DNA of 64,000 nt, taken from the NCBI GenBank assembly GCA_031283185.1, contig JAITCH010000003.1, positions 39,900 through 103,899 of the forward strand. Direction: 5' to 3'. Positions 19,251 through 28,441 of the stretch are shown here, one piece after another; the first letter of the stretch is position 1, and every line of letters starts with the position of its first letter. The position numbers and the translations under genes are program-made. The DNA comes from Rickettsiales bacterium (GTDB taxonomy: Bacteria; Pseudomonadota; Alphaproteobacteria; Rs-D84). Under the pieces are notes generated by a model. It was not told the DNA's origin. It was given only the letters and a program-made list of their open reading frames with translations, and made no database searches.

Positions 19251-19310
19251 GAACATTTTCGCACATTATCAGTTGCTTAGACTTAATGATTAAGATATAA
19301 TTTGTTTCAA

Positions 19311-20144
19311 ATGAGCAGCACAAACATCAAACTTTTCGAGAATAAAAACATCCGCACTTTGTGGGATGACAAGGCAGAAAAATGGTATTTCTCCGTTCAC
19401 GATATAATCGCCGTATTGACCGACCAATCCGATTATGAGAAGGTTCGCAACTATTGGAAATGGCTTCGCAATAAATTAAAACAGGAAGGCAGTCAAGTGG
19501 GTAGTAATGCTACCCAGTTGAAAATGGTCGCGCCAGACGGAAAAATGCGCGAAACGGATGTTATGGATACGGAGCGGATTTTGCGCTTGGTGCAGACTAT
19601 CCCAAGCCACAAAGCCGAGCCTTTTAAGTTATGGTTGGCCAAGGTCGGCGCGGAAAGATTGGACGAAATCTCCGATCCGGAACTCGCCATAAATCGCGCA
19701 CTTGAAACATACGCCCGCAAAGGCTATTCGCTTGATTGGATAAATCAGCGATTGAAAACCATTGAAGTCAGAAAACTTATGACTGACGAATGGGACAAGG
19801 GCGGAATTAAAAAGGGCGCGGAATACGCAATTTTGACTGATGAAATTTACAAGGGCTGGGCGGGACTTGATGCGCGTGATTATAAAAAGTTGAAAGGTCT
19901 GACCAAGGAAAATCTGCGCGACAATATGACGAATCTTGAATTGGTGCTGAATATGTTGGCAGAGGTTACTACTACGGATTTAGCAAAGGACGAGCAGCCG
20001 CAAGGTTTGGTTGAAAATATAAAAGTTGCCCGCAAGGGAGCAAGTGTTGCATCTGCCGCGCGACAGGAATATGAAAACAGAATTGGTAGATCTGCAATCA
20101 CAGGACAGAACGCAAAAGGATTGAGAAAACTAATTAAAAAATGA
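19311..20144 (+). CDS. Bro-N domain protein (phage antirepressor-like), copy 1
   Basis: 277 aa; IRTLWDDKAEKWYFSVHDI, KAEPFKLWLAKVGAERLDEI motifs; paralog of 31283-32095. Confidence 0.8.
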   Translation: MSSTNIKLFENKNIRTLWDDKAEKWYFSVHDIIAVLTDQSDYEKVRNYWKWLRNKLKQEGSQVGSNATQLKMVAPDGKMRETDVMDTERILRLVQTIPSHKAEPFKLWLAKVGAERLDEISDPELAINRALETYARKGYSLDWINQRLKTIEVRKLMTDEWDKGGIKKGAEYAILTDEIYKGWAGLDARDYKKLKGLTKENLRDNMTNLELVLNMLAEVTTTDLAKDEQPQGLVENIKVARKGASVASAARQEYENRIGRSAITGQNAKGLRKLIKK

Positions 20145-20166
20145 ATTAATGTTTAGAAGATGTTCA

Positions 20167-20192
20167 GGGTGGGGATTAAAAAATCCCCACCC
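20167..20192. terminator. bidirectional hairpin terminator
   Basis: gggtggggattaaaaaatccccaccc then AAACATTTT; lies between convergent genes. Confidence 0.6.
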
Positions 20193-20199
20193 AAACATT

Positions 20200-20448
20200 T
20201 TACTTTCCTGTCTTTTCCACTGACTTCATATATATTCTCATAAAGTCCAGCAGGCTGCAATCGGCGGCCTTTAAGATTTTAGAAATACTATTTGTCGAAG
20301 GCCAACGCTCTTGCCCGTATCTCGTAAATCTTTTGCTGCGATTAAATGTTGTTGCATCCAATCCAGAATGTCCCGCCAGCCAAGACACCGTTCTTCCGCG
20401 ATGTTTTGCAAAGGCATCAATCGCATTCCATACATCATTATGTTTCAT
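20200..20448 (-). CDS. helix-turn-helix transcriptional regulator (phage repressor-like N-domain)
   Basis: 82 aa; WNAIDAFAKHRGRTVSWLAGHSGLDATTFNRSKR...RWPSTNSISKIL, common alphaproteobacterial HTH family. Confidence 0.8.
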   Translation of the reverse strand: MKHNDVWNAIDAFAKHRGRTVSWLAGHSGLDATTFNRSKRFTRYGQERWPSTNSISKILKAADCSLLDFMRIYMKSVEKTGK

Positions 20449-20584
20449 ATTTCATCCCTCCATTAGGATAGAATACCACAGATTAAAACCATAACCAATA
20501 GATACCCGCTAGGGTTGTATTCCTGTGCCAATTTGTGCCAGTTTGGGCTATATTTCAGCCCCATCGCCGATTCGGTATTTTCAG

Positions 20585-23500
20585 TTAAAATCTATAAGTC
20601 GCGCCAATTCGTCCTGTTATGCCGTTTATATCTTCGCCGCTGCGTAAAAACATTTTTGCCTCGAATGTTGCGGATTCCGACATATTGCCGACTGCGCCCA
20701 ATCCATATTCGAAAAACCATTTTGGAGCGACCAGATCCGGCAATTCGATTTCGCCGATCCGTCCCTTGACATCATTCGCAAAGTTCATTACGAATGCGCC
20801 CGAAGCGTGCACATTCATCCAGTTCGTTCCGACTATGAATGCAAGTCCCGGCGCAATGCTAAGTCCGCTAAGATACCCGGTTTCCATATCTATGCTGCCA
20901 TTTGCCGACTCCCATTCGTTTCCGCCAAAGTAATTATACATCACCATAAAGTTCGGCTGGATTATCATATGTTCCGGCGCGAGGCGCAGGTCGTATGCGA
21001 TTTTCGCGCCCGCGCCTGCAAACCAGTTGTCGTTGGTATCGTCCACTTCGCCTATCTTGAAATTATTATTGTAGAATCCTGCGTATGTTAAAATTGCGCC
21101 GATGAATTCTCCATCTGTTATGCTGTTCTGCATTCCGATTTGTCCGCCGTTCTGGACGATTTCGACATCGCCGAACTTTTGTTGCCCTCCGTTATAAGCC
21201 ATATATATTGTCGGAACCCATCGCCAATTTCGGTTGATTACATTGACTGATAAATCAAGACCTGCGATTCCTCCATACAGGACATTTCGGGTTTCGCCGG
21301 TTCCTCCGCCCAATTCCATTCGGTCAGTTCCGCCGTATGCCTTTGCCCAAACGCCGGTCTGGCTTAAACCGAATTGCCAAGGCGCATTTTCGCACATCAG
21401 GCATTTGTTGCTGTCTAAAAATATATGGTCGAACATAATTCCGTTGACCAAGAGTTGAGAGAACATCATAGAGTTTGCGGCGACCCCTCCGCGCACGGCT
21501 TGCGAATTTGTAGATTGCAGACGAAGTTCATAGTTGCCTTCGCCGAGTGCAAAGATTCCGTATGTTCCGGCGGGCGTTATGATGGAATCGTTTTGTGTTG
21601 CGAATACGATGCTGGGGTCGTAGTTTGGCGATTCCATAATTGTGAAGGGCACGACTGATCCGCGCGGAGAATTTATAAGATTTAATTGTGTAAGCATTAC
21701 GACAGCGTCCATTGCATAGATGTCGTCTATGCCGCCCGCCGGGTTGCCGTTAATCACCAAATCGCCGGGCATAGCGGTTCCGCTGAACGAAAATTTGTCT
21801 GATACGAAATTCTGCGCGTCCAAATCAATCGCAAAGTTTGCGAAACTATTTGCCGCGTCAGGCATAGAGGATATGATTGCGAACTTTCCGGCAAAGGTGT
21901 GATTTTGTATTGTGCCGTCTATGGAATTGATCAGCGCGTTGTCGCCCATTGCGAGCGAGCCGGAGGTCGGAATGACAGAGCCACTTCCCGCGCCGAAGTT
22001 CAGTGTGTATCCGTTGATAAAGACGGATGCATTGGTCAGCACGATGTCGCCGCCGCCGAGGCCGCTGATGTCGGAATCTTCGCCAATTAAATATCCGATT
22101 GCTTGGTTGTAAAGTTGTAAAACTCCGCCGGTCTGTTTGTAGACGGATGAATAAACGCTCATCCCCAAACCTCCGATGGCAAGCCATCCGTCGCTTTGTG
22201 ATATAAGTCCGATTTGCCCATTGATGATTGGCACCGTGTCGGTGGTGTTCATATATACCGACCCGCCCGCGATTTCAAGTAAGCCGCCCGGGAAGAGGTT
22301 TAGTGTTGATGCCGCGCCAAGGATGTCGGCAGGATTGTCCAGTCGTAGCGTGCCATAAACATTCATTGTTCCACTTCCGACATTTATGATTGCGGTGCTA
22401 AGTTTTGATGCGCCGCTGTTCCAGTTCACTATGCCGGATTCTATGTTGTTTGTTCCGCCAAAGAATTTTGTATCGACATTTACAACCCCGTTGTATTGAT
22501 TGAAGTCTCCGACAAATTCCGAATTGTCGCCGGTCGCGGCGAGTTCTAAAACTACCGGGCTGTATTTGTTGATTGTGCCGCTTCCTGCGATTCCGCTGCC
22601 TATGTAGAAAGTTCCGCCTGTGCTGATGAAGTTCAGTTCGCCTTCATTGTATATGTCGTTGGGCTTTCCGCTCGCTATGTTGCCGGACAAAATCATATCC
22701 GCGCCGGGGAGGGACGCCATATAAAGGACGCTTCCCGCGGCATTGTAAATCGCGCCGCCAAGACCTGCCGCGGTGTTGCCCGTGAAGTGCATTCCGCCTT
22801 GACCTGCATATATGGTTGTGCCATCGGGTGAGTCGTTGTAGATTGCTCCGCCATTTCCGCCGGACTGGTTGCCGATGAAAAGTCCGCCGTGCTTGTTGAT
22901 TCCGCCCAGGTTATAAATTGCGCCACCATTGCCTGTTGCGGTGTTGTAAAGATAGGCAAGGTTGGTGCTGTATGAAGTGCCTGCGGTTATGATGACTGCG
23001 CCGCCGTCTCCGCCGGAAGAATTATTTTGGATTACCAGATTGGATAATGTTGCAGTGGAATTTGCATTGCTCATATTAAGAACTGATCCTCCGTCCGCGG
23101 AATACGCGCTTTGGATTGTTAAGTTGGTCAGCGAGAAATTCGTGTTGTCCGCAGTTATTTTGAACAACGATTGTTTGGTTGTTTGATCGTTCGCGTTCAG
23201 ACCGGACAGGATGGAATCACGATTGTTTGTTGACGCGCCATAGACCGAGAATGTTCCAGTCGCCATTTCGTCCAAATCGGCATCGTTGTAATATGTTTCA
23301 ATTACTGCAATCTGCCAGGCGCGGGCGACACTGCTTGATAGCCCGGCCGTTGTAGCATCTGTGTCCAACGAATTCACATCGTTTAAGTTCAATACCAACG
23401 AAGGAGGGTTGGTTGGCTTTGTAATTGACCCGGTGCCGCCGCTTCCATCGCCGGGGTTGGTTGTGCCTGCGGTGCTGCCGTCTGGATTGTTCACATTTGA

Positions 23501-26083
23501 CCCGCCGCCATTGGGGTCGGTGGTTATGATTGTCTGTCCGCCGCCGCCCGGTGGTGTTATGGTGGTGGTAGTGTTGCCGTCAGGGTCGGTGTTGACATCT
23601 ACGCTGCCACCGCCGGGCAAGTCAATGTGTCCGCTTCCTCCGGGTGGAATGTGGGTTATGTTTCCATTGCCGTCATCAATGTCAACGCTGCCGTCTGGAT
23701 TGTTTGTTATGGTGGAAGTATTTCCATTTCCGTCATCAACGATTGTATTTGATCCGCCGTCTGGATCGGTTGTGGTTGTGGTGCTGCCGCCGCCGGTATT
23801 TGGCGTGGTGGTGTCGGTAGAGCCGTCAGGTCCGACCGAAGAATCCGACCCGCCGGAATCTCCGCCTCCGCCACTTGCGGGAACGCTGTTCAGTTGTATG
23901 TATTGGTCGTTTATGGATGTTATGGTGTATGTCCCAAGGGATGTTGCGACATATTGTTGTTCGCCGTTTGTGAATTTAAGCGGCGACCCGTAAATGACGC
24001 GCATAACCCCGGTTAAAATTCCATTTACATCATCGACATATATGGTGCCGAGATTAATTGTTCCGCCGCCGGATGCAACATTGATTGTGTCCGCCATAAG
24101 CGAGCCTTGGTCGTTGCCGATTTTAAGGGTCAGGGCGGTCGCGCTGCTTGCGGTAAGGCTTGCAAAATTATATGCTTGATAATTCCCGGACGATTGCGCC
24201 AGGTCAATCGTAGAATTTCCATTCAGAAAATAATTTGTCGTGCCGGTATAGTTTGTGGAACCGAAAATTACATCGCTGTTGTTAAATGCGATTTTATTTG
24301 ATTGCCCGTTCTGAATATCGTTAAGTAATTTATACGACCCGGTTGCAAATTCCACATCTGCATTGGATCCGACAAAGTTTAATCCGGCAGACCAATCGTT
24401 TGCGGCTTGGCCGACTGATACTCGTTGCGTTGATGCCGAATTAAAATTCATAACGGAGTTGGATAGCATATTTGCATTAAAGTAAAACGAAGTCGCGCCA
24501 GTATTGATATTTGCCGTTCCGCCGATATTGTTTTGTCCGCCGAACATTTGCCCGGATGCGTTAAGGGTCGCGCCGCTTGCTTGATTGTATATTCCTGTGA
24601 ATCCGGGGCTTTGGCTTGCCCCGCCAAGATTAAAAGTTGTTCCGCCCGATTGGTTGATTGTGCCGATTCCGCCGATTCCGCCGTTGATGTTCATGCTGCC
24701 GGAACCAAGTATATTTATGACGGCATTGGCGGACGCTTGATATATGTCCGACCCGTTTGCGAAACTATCGGCATAGTTGTTTGCGAATGAAATCCCGTTT
24801 GTCGCGGTGTTCAGGTTGATGATCGCATCGCCGGAATTGTAAATTGCGCCGCCATATGACGCGCCATTGCCTGCGAACAAAGTTCCATCTGCGATGTTCA
24901 GGACAAAGTCCCCGGAATTAAAAATCGCGCCGCCATAGTTTGAAGCATAGTTGTTTGTTATGTTGCCGGATAGATTCATTGTAAGTGTTGATTGTCCGGC
25001 GGCGATGTTGTTGTAAATCGCGCCGCCATTTGCGGACTTGTTCGCATTGAAATTACCGCTGATGTTGAGGTTTATGTCGCCGCCGTAAGGGGAGTATTGA
25101 TCGCCGACCGCCGTCCAAATTGCGCCGCCGTTTTGCGATGCCAGGTTGGAATAAAAATTTCCATCTATGTTGATGTTGATGTCTGTGTTGCCGCCATTGA
25201 TTTCGTTGGCGATTGCGCCGCCATTTGCTGCTTGGTTTTGGGTAAATGTTCCGCCTGTTATGTTAAAGTTATTTATTGATGGCGCATTGCCATTGATGAC
25301 CCCGTTGTAAATCGCGCCGCCCATTGATTGCGCGGAGTTTTGATAATAGTTGTATCCCAAGGCAGTGAATTTGTTTTCAACGCTTCCACCATCTGCATTG
25401 TTTGCATAAAAATATATTCCGCCTCCGCTTTGCGCGGCATTGTTCAGCGATATGTAATGCGTGCTGTTAGAATCTATGACGGAAAAAGTTGTCGGGTTTA
25501 AGTTGCCGGAATAATAAGCATTGTTCGCGGCCATATAAATCGCGCCGCCATTTTGCGCGCTGTTTGCGGAAAATCCGTTGTCGGTTAGAATGTAAAAATT
25601 ATCCGCCGCGCTTTGGATCTGTGCGTTTATATTTATTGCTCCGCCATCGCCGGGGGTAGAGTTGCCATAGAAAAATACGCCGTCCACGGAAAAGTTATGT
25701 GTTCCAGTTCCATTTCCTGCGAATGATATTGCTCCATTTGTCGCGCTGTAAATGGACATATTGGTGAGTGTTGCGACCATATCATTACCCCATCCTGGGG
25801 TGAAACTAAGTGTTGACGACCCAAGCATCAATGCCGTTCCATTCTGCACGCTTCCGCCGCTGATTGACATATTCGCGCCGGAGAATGATTGTAAATAATC
25901 GGTTATAAAAATTCCGTAATTGTTTGCGGAATCAATGGGCGCGCCGACAATGACTATGGGGCTAAGGCCGTTGTTCCATACGGCGGCGAAGTCGGAAGAT
26001 GATATAACATTTGCGGCATACGCGCTTCGGAAAAAGATTGCGGATATGAATGCGCCGAAGAAAAATTTTCTTAAAATGTTCAT
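20585..26083 (-). CDS. giant autotransporter with Pmp-type (GGAI/FxxN) repeats
   Basis: 1832 aa from ATG 26083 (signal MNILRKFFFGAFISAIFFRSAYA); ORF extends to 26140; many xNGGAIYN repeats; C-terminal beta-barrel ending ...RIGATYRF. Confidence 0.9.
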   Translation of the reverse strand: MNILRKFFFGAFISAIFFRSAYAANVISSSDFAAVWNNGLSPIVIVGAPIDSANNYGIFITDYLQSFSGANMSISGGSVQNGTALMLGSSTLSFTPGWGNDMVATLTNMSIYSATNGAISFAGNGTGTHNFSVDGVFFYGNSTPGDGGAININAQIQSAADNFYILTDNGFSANSAQNGGAIYMAANNAYYSGNLNPTTFSVIDSNSTHYISLNNAAQSGGGIYFYANNADGGSVENKFTALGYNYYQNSAQSMGGAIYNGVINGNAPSINNFNITGGTFTQNQAANGGAIANEINGGNTDININIDGNFYSNLASQNGGAIWTAVGDQYSPYGGDINLNISGNFNANKSANGGAIYNNIAAGQSTLTMNLSGNITNNYASNYGGAIFNSGDFVLNIADGTLFAGNGASYGGAIYNSGDAIINLNTATNGISFANNYADSFANGSDIYQASANAVINILGSGSMNINGGIGGIGTINQSGGTTFNLGGASQSPGFTGIYNQASGATLNASGQMFGGQNNIGGTANINTGATSFYFNANMLSNSVMNFNSASTQRVSVGQAANDWSAGLNFVGSNADVEFATGSYKLLNDIQNGQSNKIAFNNSDVIFGSTNYTGTTNYFLNGNSTIDLAQSSGNYQAYNFASLTASSATALTLKIGNDQGSLMADTINVASGGGTINLGTIYVDDVNGILTGVMRVIYGSPLKFTNGEQQYVATSLGTYTITSINDQYIQLNSVPASGGGGDSGGSDSSVGPDGSTDTTTPNTGGGSTTTTTDPDGGSNTIVDDGNGNTSTITNNPDGSVDIDDGNGNITHIPPGGSGHIDLPGGGSVDVNTDPDGNTTTTITPPGGGGQTIITTDPNGGGSNVNNPDGSTAGTTNPGDGSGGTGSITKPTNPPSLVLNLNDVNSLDTDATTAGLSSSVARAWQIAVIETYYNDADLDEMATGTFSVYGASTNNRDSILSGLNANDQTTKQSLFKITADNTNFSLTNLTIQSAYSADGGSVLNMSNANSTATLSNLVIQNNSSGGDGGAVIITAGTSYSTNLAYLYNTATGNGGAIYNLGGINKHGGLFIGNQSGGNGGAIYNDSPDGTTIYAGQGGMHFTGNTAAGLGGAIYNAAGSVLYMASLPGADMILSGNIASGKPNDIYNEGELNFISTGGTFYIGSGIAGSGTINKYSPVVLELAATGDNSEFVGDFNQYNGVVNVDTKFFGGTNNIESGIVNWNSGASKLSTAIINVGSGTMNVYGTLRLDNPADILGAASTLNLFPGGLLEIAGGSVYMNTTDTVPIINGQIGLISQSDGWLAIGGLGMSVYSSVYKQTGGVLQLYNQAIGYLIGEDSDISGLGGGDIVLTNASVFINGYTLNFGAGSGSVIPTSGSLAMGDNALINSIDGTIQNHTFAGKFAIISSMPDAANSFANFAIDLDAQNFVSDKFSFSGTAMPGDLVINGNPAGGIDDIYAMDAVVMLTQLNLINSPRGSVVPFTIMESPNYDPSIVFATQNDSIITPAGTYGIFALGEGNYELRLQSTNSQAVRGGVAANSMMFSQLLVNGIMFDHIFLDSNKCLMCENAPWQFGLSQTGVWAKAYGGTDRMELGGGTGETRNVLYGGIAGLDLSVNVINRNWRWVPTIYMAYNGGQQKFGDVEIVQNGGQIGMQNSITDGEFIGAILTYAGFYNNNFKIGEVDDTNDNWFAGAGAKIAYDLRLAPEHMIIQPNFMVMYNYFGGNEWESANGSIDMETGYLSGLSIAPGLAFIVGTNWMNVHASGAFVMNFANDVKGRIGEIELPDLVAPKWFFEYGLGAVGNMSESATFEAKMFLRSGEDINGITGRIGATYRF

Positions 26084-26183
26084 ATGTGATTTTACATTTT
26101 TTGCCAGCGGATTTTTATAGGCAACTATTCTTACTGACATTTTGTGTGTGTTGTGCTTGGATTTCCGGGAATGGAGATTGCGA

Positions 26184-26633
26184 TTGAAGATACTCGTTGC
26201 GATATTTTTTTTACTTATTTTTTCGCCTGTGTTTGCGGCTTGCCCGGACGAGTATTATGAATCGCGCGGCGAGTATGAAAGAACGCACGATATAGTGGTG
26301 GGTTATAAGCAAGGGTGCAAGGTTATAAGAACCAATCGGCTGGACGGATGTGCATCGCGCAAGTCTGTGCAGTGGATGGAGTTTAATAATCAAGAGATGG
26401 TGGAATATGGTTATCAGAATATCTTGTATGACGGGACGGATGTGCAGTGCGATCGGGTGTTGAAAAAGCAGGGGTTTAGGGGGTTTTATAAGGTAGAGAA
26501 TCATGTGCGGGTTTCAATTAACGGACGAACATTGTGCGAGAGGCATTCGGAAGAAGGATATAATCCGCGTGTTGAGGAATGCGAGCAAATGGCCGAACGA
26601 TTTATGAGCGATAAATGTAAAGATAGGTTTTAG
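26184..26633 (+). CDS. putative lipoprotein
   Basis: TTG 26184 preceded by GGAG; signal (M)KILVAIFFLLIFSPVFAAC; ORF open from 26142, so start is uncertain. Confidence 0.6.
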   Translation: MKILVAIFFLLIFSPVFAACPDEYYESRGEYERTHDIVVGYKQGCKVIRTNRLDGCASRKSVQWMEFNNQEMVEYGYQNILYDGTDVQCDRVLKKQGFRGFYKVENHVRVSINGRTLCERHSEEGYNPRVEECEQMAERFMSDKCKDRF

Positions 26634-26690
26634 CCATTAATTTCCTGCCCCCATATTTTTCATTGACAAAATTGTATTTTTCGTTTATTG

Positions 26691-26818
26691 TATAATAAAT
26701 CCAACCAAAGGGTCAAAAAATGGCGGAAACCTACACACACACACACATCTAAACATTAATAAGCCAATTTTTGCACAAAATTAATTATGCGCTAGGGCGA
26801 ATGCCCTAGCGCATTTTT
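26691..26818 (+). promoter_or_regulatory. leader cassette copy 1: -10 box, (AC)7 mini-ORF, terminator hairpin
   Basis: TATAAT 26691-26696; mini-ORF 26720-26752 (MAETYTHTHI*); 12-bp hairpin 26787-26814 plus T4. Confidence 0.6.
26733..26747. repeat. (AC)7 dinucleotide microsatellite
   Basis: acacacacacacaca inside the mini-ORF. Confidence 0.95.
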
Positions 26819-26851
26819 GATAACAAAAAACAAAACCAAGGGAAGCATTAA

Positions 26852-27469
26852 ATGACAAAGACTTTGATAAAGCCAAATTTCACACGAGTATCGGAAGACC
26901 AATATGAAATATATGGACTTCCGTATTCGCGTAGCCAGATATTGGTGGTCAGTGCAGACGGATACGGAACGCTTGACGGCAACAATCATTATTATTGGAA
27001 GCCTGAGTATCGTTTTGATCCGCATTGTCAGGACACCGTTGGGGAAGATTTCAGCGGGGTTGTAAAATTGGGCAAGCGATATAATATAAAAATTGAACGA
27101 GTTTTATCAGTTCCGATAGCAGATGTTGGCCAAGATTTGAGCGGACAAATGGTGGGTGATGTTATTCCGTCTGCGTATAACTTTGATCAACCGAATAATC
27201 CTTGTAATGTTCTGTGTGTGCCGTTGGGCAAGGGCGACAGATCGTTTCATGCAGGCGTTTTTTCATTCCGTCATGAGACATTAGAGCATTTTACAAGTGC
27301 TGGATGGGATACCCAACATGTTTTGGACAAATACGAAAGTTTACAGCCGCATTTTCGTAGTTATTCTCCTTTCATGATAAATTGGTTTTTATTGGACAAA
27401 GACGAATATTTCCAGTGGACTTTGGGTGATAAATTGAAATCCCTGTTTGGATGTAACTACCGATCTTAG
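26852..27469 (+). CDS. hypothetical protein, dispersed modular family (SQILV-DG-TLDGN core)
   Basis: 205 aa; IYGLPYSRSQILVVSADGYGTLDGNNHYYWKPEYRF aligns with the 53143, 56935 and 63595 proteins. Confidence 0.8.
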   Translation: MTKTLIKPNFTRVSEDQYEIYGLPYSRSQILVVSADGYGTLDGNNHYYWKPEYRFDPHCQDTVGEDFSGVVKLGKRYNIKIERVLSVPIADVGQDLSGQMVGDVIPSAYNFDQPNNPCNVLCVPLGKGDRSFHAGVFSFRHETLEHFTSAGWDTQHVLDKYESLQPHFRSYSPFMINWFLLDKDEYFQWTLGDKLKSLFGCNYRS

Positions 27470-27486
27470 CGTGTGGGGGTCTTAGC

Positions 27487-27512
27487 GGGAAGGGGTCTCC
27501 GAACCCCTTCCC
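27487..27512 (+). terminator. conserved hairpin terminator module
   Basis: gggaaggggtctccgaaccccttccc then GAACATTTT. Confidence 0.65.
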
Positions 27513-27590
27513 GAACATTTTATAAACTTATTTTCCGCCAAATAATAAAAAGTTGCAAAATCCAAATTTTAATATAAACTATGCGGAGTT

Positions 27591-27667
27591 CGGGGCGTAG
27601 CTCAGTTTGGTAGAGTGCTTGCTTTGGGAGCAAGAAGTCGAAGGTTCGAATCCTTTCGCCCCGACCA
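27591..27667 (+). tRNA. tRNA-Pro (anticodon UGG), CCA encoded
   Basis: CGGGGCG acceptor stem pairs with CGCCCCG; anticodon arm CTTGC-TTTGGGA-GCAAG; T-arm GAAGG-TTCGAAT-CCTTT; ends ACCA. Confidence 0.92.
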
Positions 27668-27739
27668 ACTATTTTTGTCAAATTATTGTCTTGTTCAGCA
27701 AATAAAGAACTTAGTAGTAGTGAAACAATAAGTTTAATA

Positions 27740-28441
27740 TCACACTGCCCTAATTCTATATGCAACTTTGGTCATAAATTCGTCATAATTATTTAAGATG
27801 ACTGACGATTTGAAAGTATTGCTTATTACGGATGATTGCTTTATGTCAGCCCCCGTATAGGCTTTTACATACTTAGTCCTGTTGGTAATTTTTGTTATAT
27901 CCAATTTCGGCAAAGCAACAACCATTAACAATGTTTTATCCGGCGTATGAAGAAGAGTGTTTGGATTGTCCTCTGACAACTTAACATATTTTTCTACATT
28001 ATGGGCTGAAAACTTTTCTGCCTTTTTGATCGTGCCAGAATTATCATAATAAGGTATTTCTTCCGGGATTATGAATATCTGAAAATACGGGATATTGGCC
28101 GAGCGGATATTTGCAGTTTCGCCCAACATATTCTCAAAATAGTTATTGGAATTTTGCGAATAATTACTCATTACAAATTTCACGGCAACGCCGCCAACAA
28201 TTTCGCCATTGATTTTGGAAATCGTAATATCAACAACCTTATCAATATAACGACCATCAATCTTTTTCTCTTTTCCCGTTCCAACTCCAAGCGACTCAAC
28301 AATATAACTTTTACCAAGCAAATCTTGCAGGTCATTGGCGATTTTTGCATGCAAGATTTTCAATTTTTCATTGCTTCGCGCACCAGTGGTCAGATATTTC
28401 TGAAATGAAACCTTAATAGTTGGCAACAAGTTCAAACCCAT
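27740..28441 (-). CDS. putative type II restriction endonuclease (partner of adjacent methylase)
   Basis: 233 aa; overlaps methylase stop by 29 nt; AT-rich; candidate PD-(D/E)xK-like stretch IDKVVDITISK; no family recognised. Confidence 0.5.
   Translation of the reverse strand: MGLNLLPTIKVSFQKYLTTGARSNEKLKILHAKIANDLQDLLGKSYIVESLGVGTGKEKKIDGRYIDKVVDITISKINGEIVGGVAVKFVMSNYSQNSNNYFENMLGETANIRSANIPYFQIFIIPEEIPYYDNSGTIKKAEKFSAHNVEKYVKLSEDNPNTLLHTPDKTLLMVVALPKLDITKITNRTKYVKAYTGADIKQSSVISNTFKSSVILNNYDEFMTKVAYRIRAV

Noticed and set aside
23361-23993. 210-aa Pro/Val/Ser-rich ORF on the plus strand
   Set aside because: It is the antisense image of the Gly/Thr/Asp/Pro low-complexity linker of the giant autotransporter. 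It has no start context and its composition mirrors the sense strand.
26142-26183. Upstream 14 codons of the 26142-26633 ORF (TTG start at 26142)
   Set aside because: The segment abuts the divergent autotransporter start region and encodes MCVLCLDFREWRLR with no SD. TTG 26184 has a GGAG 7 nt upstream and starts a clean lipoprotein signal peptide. The start still remains uncertain.
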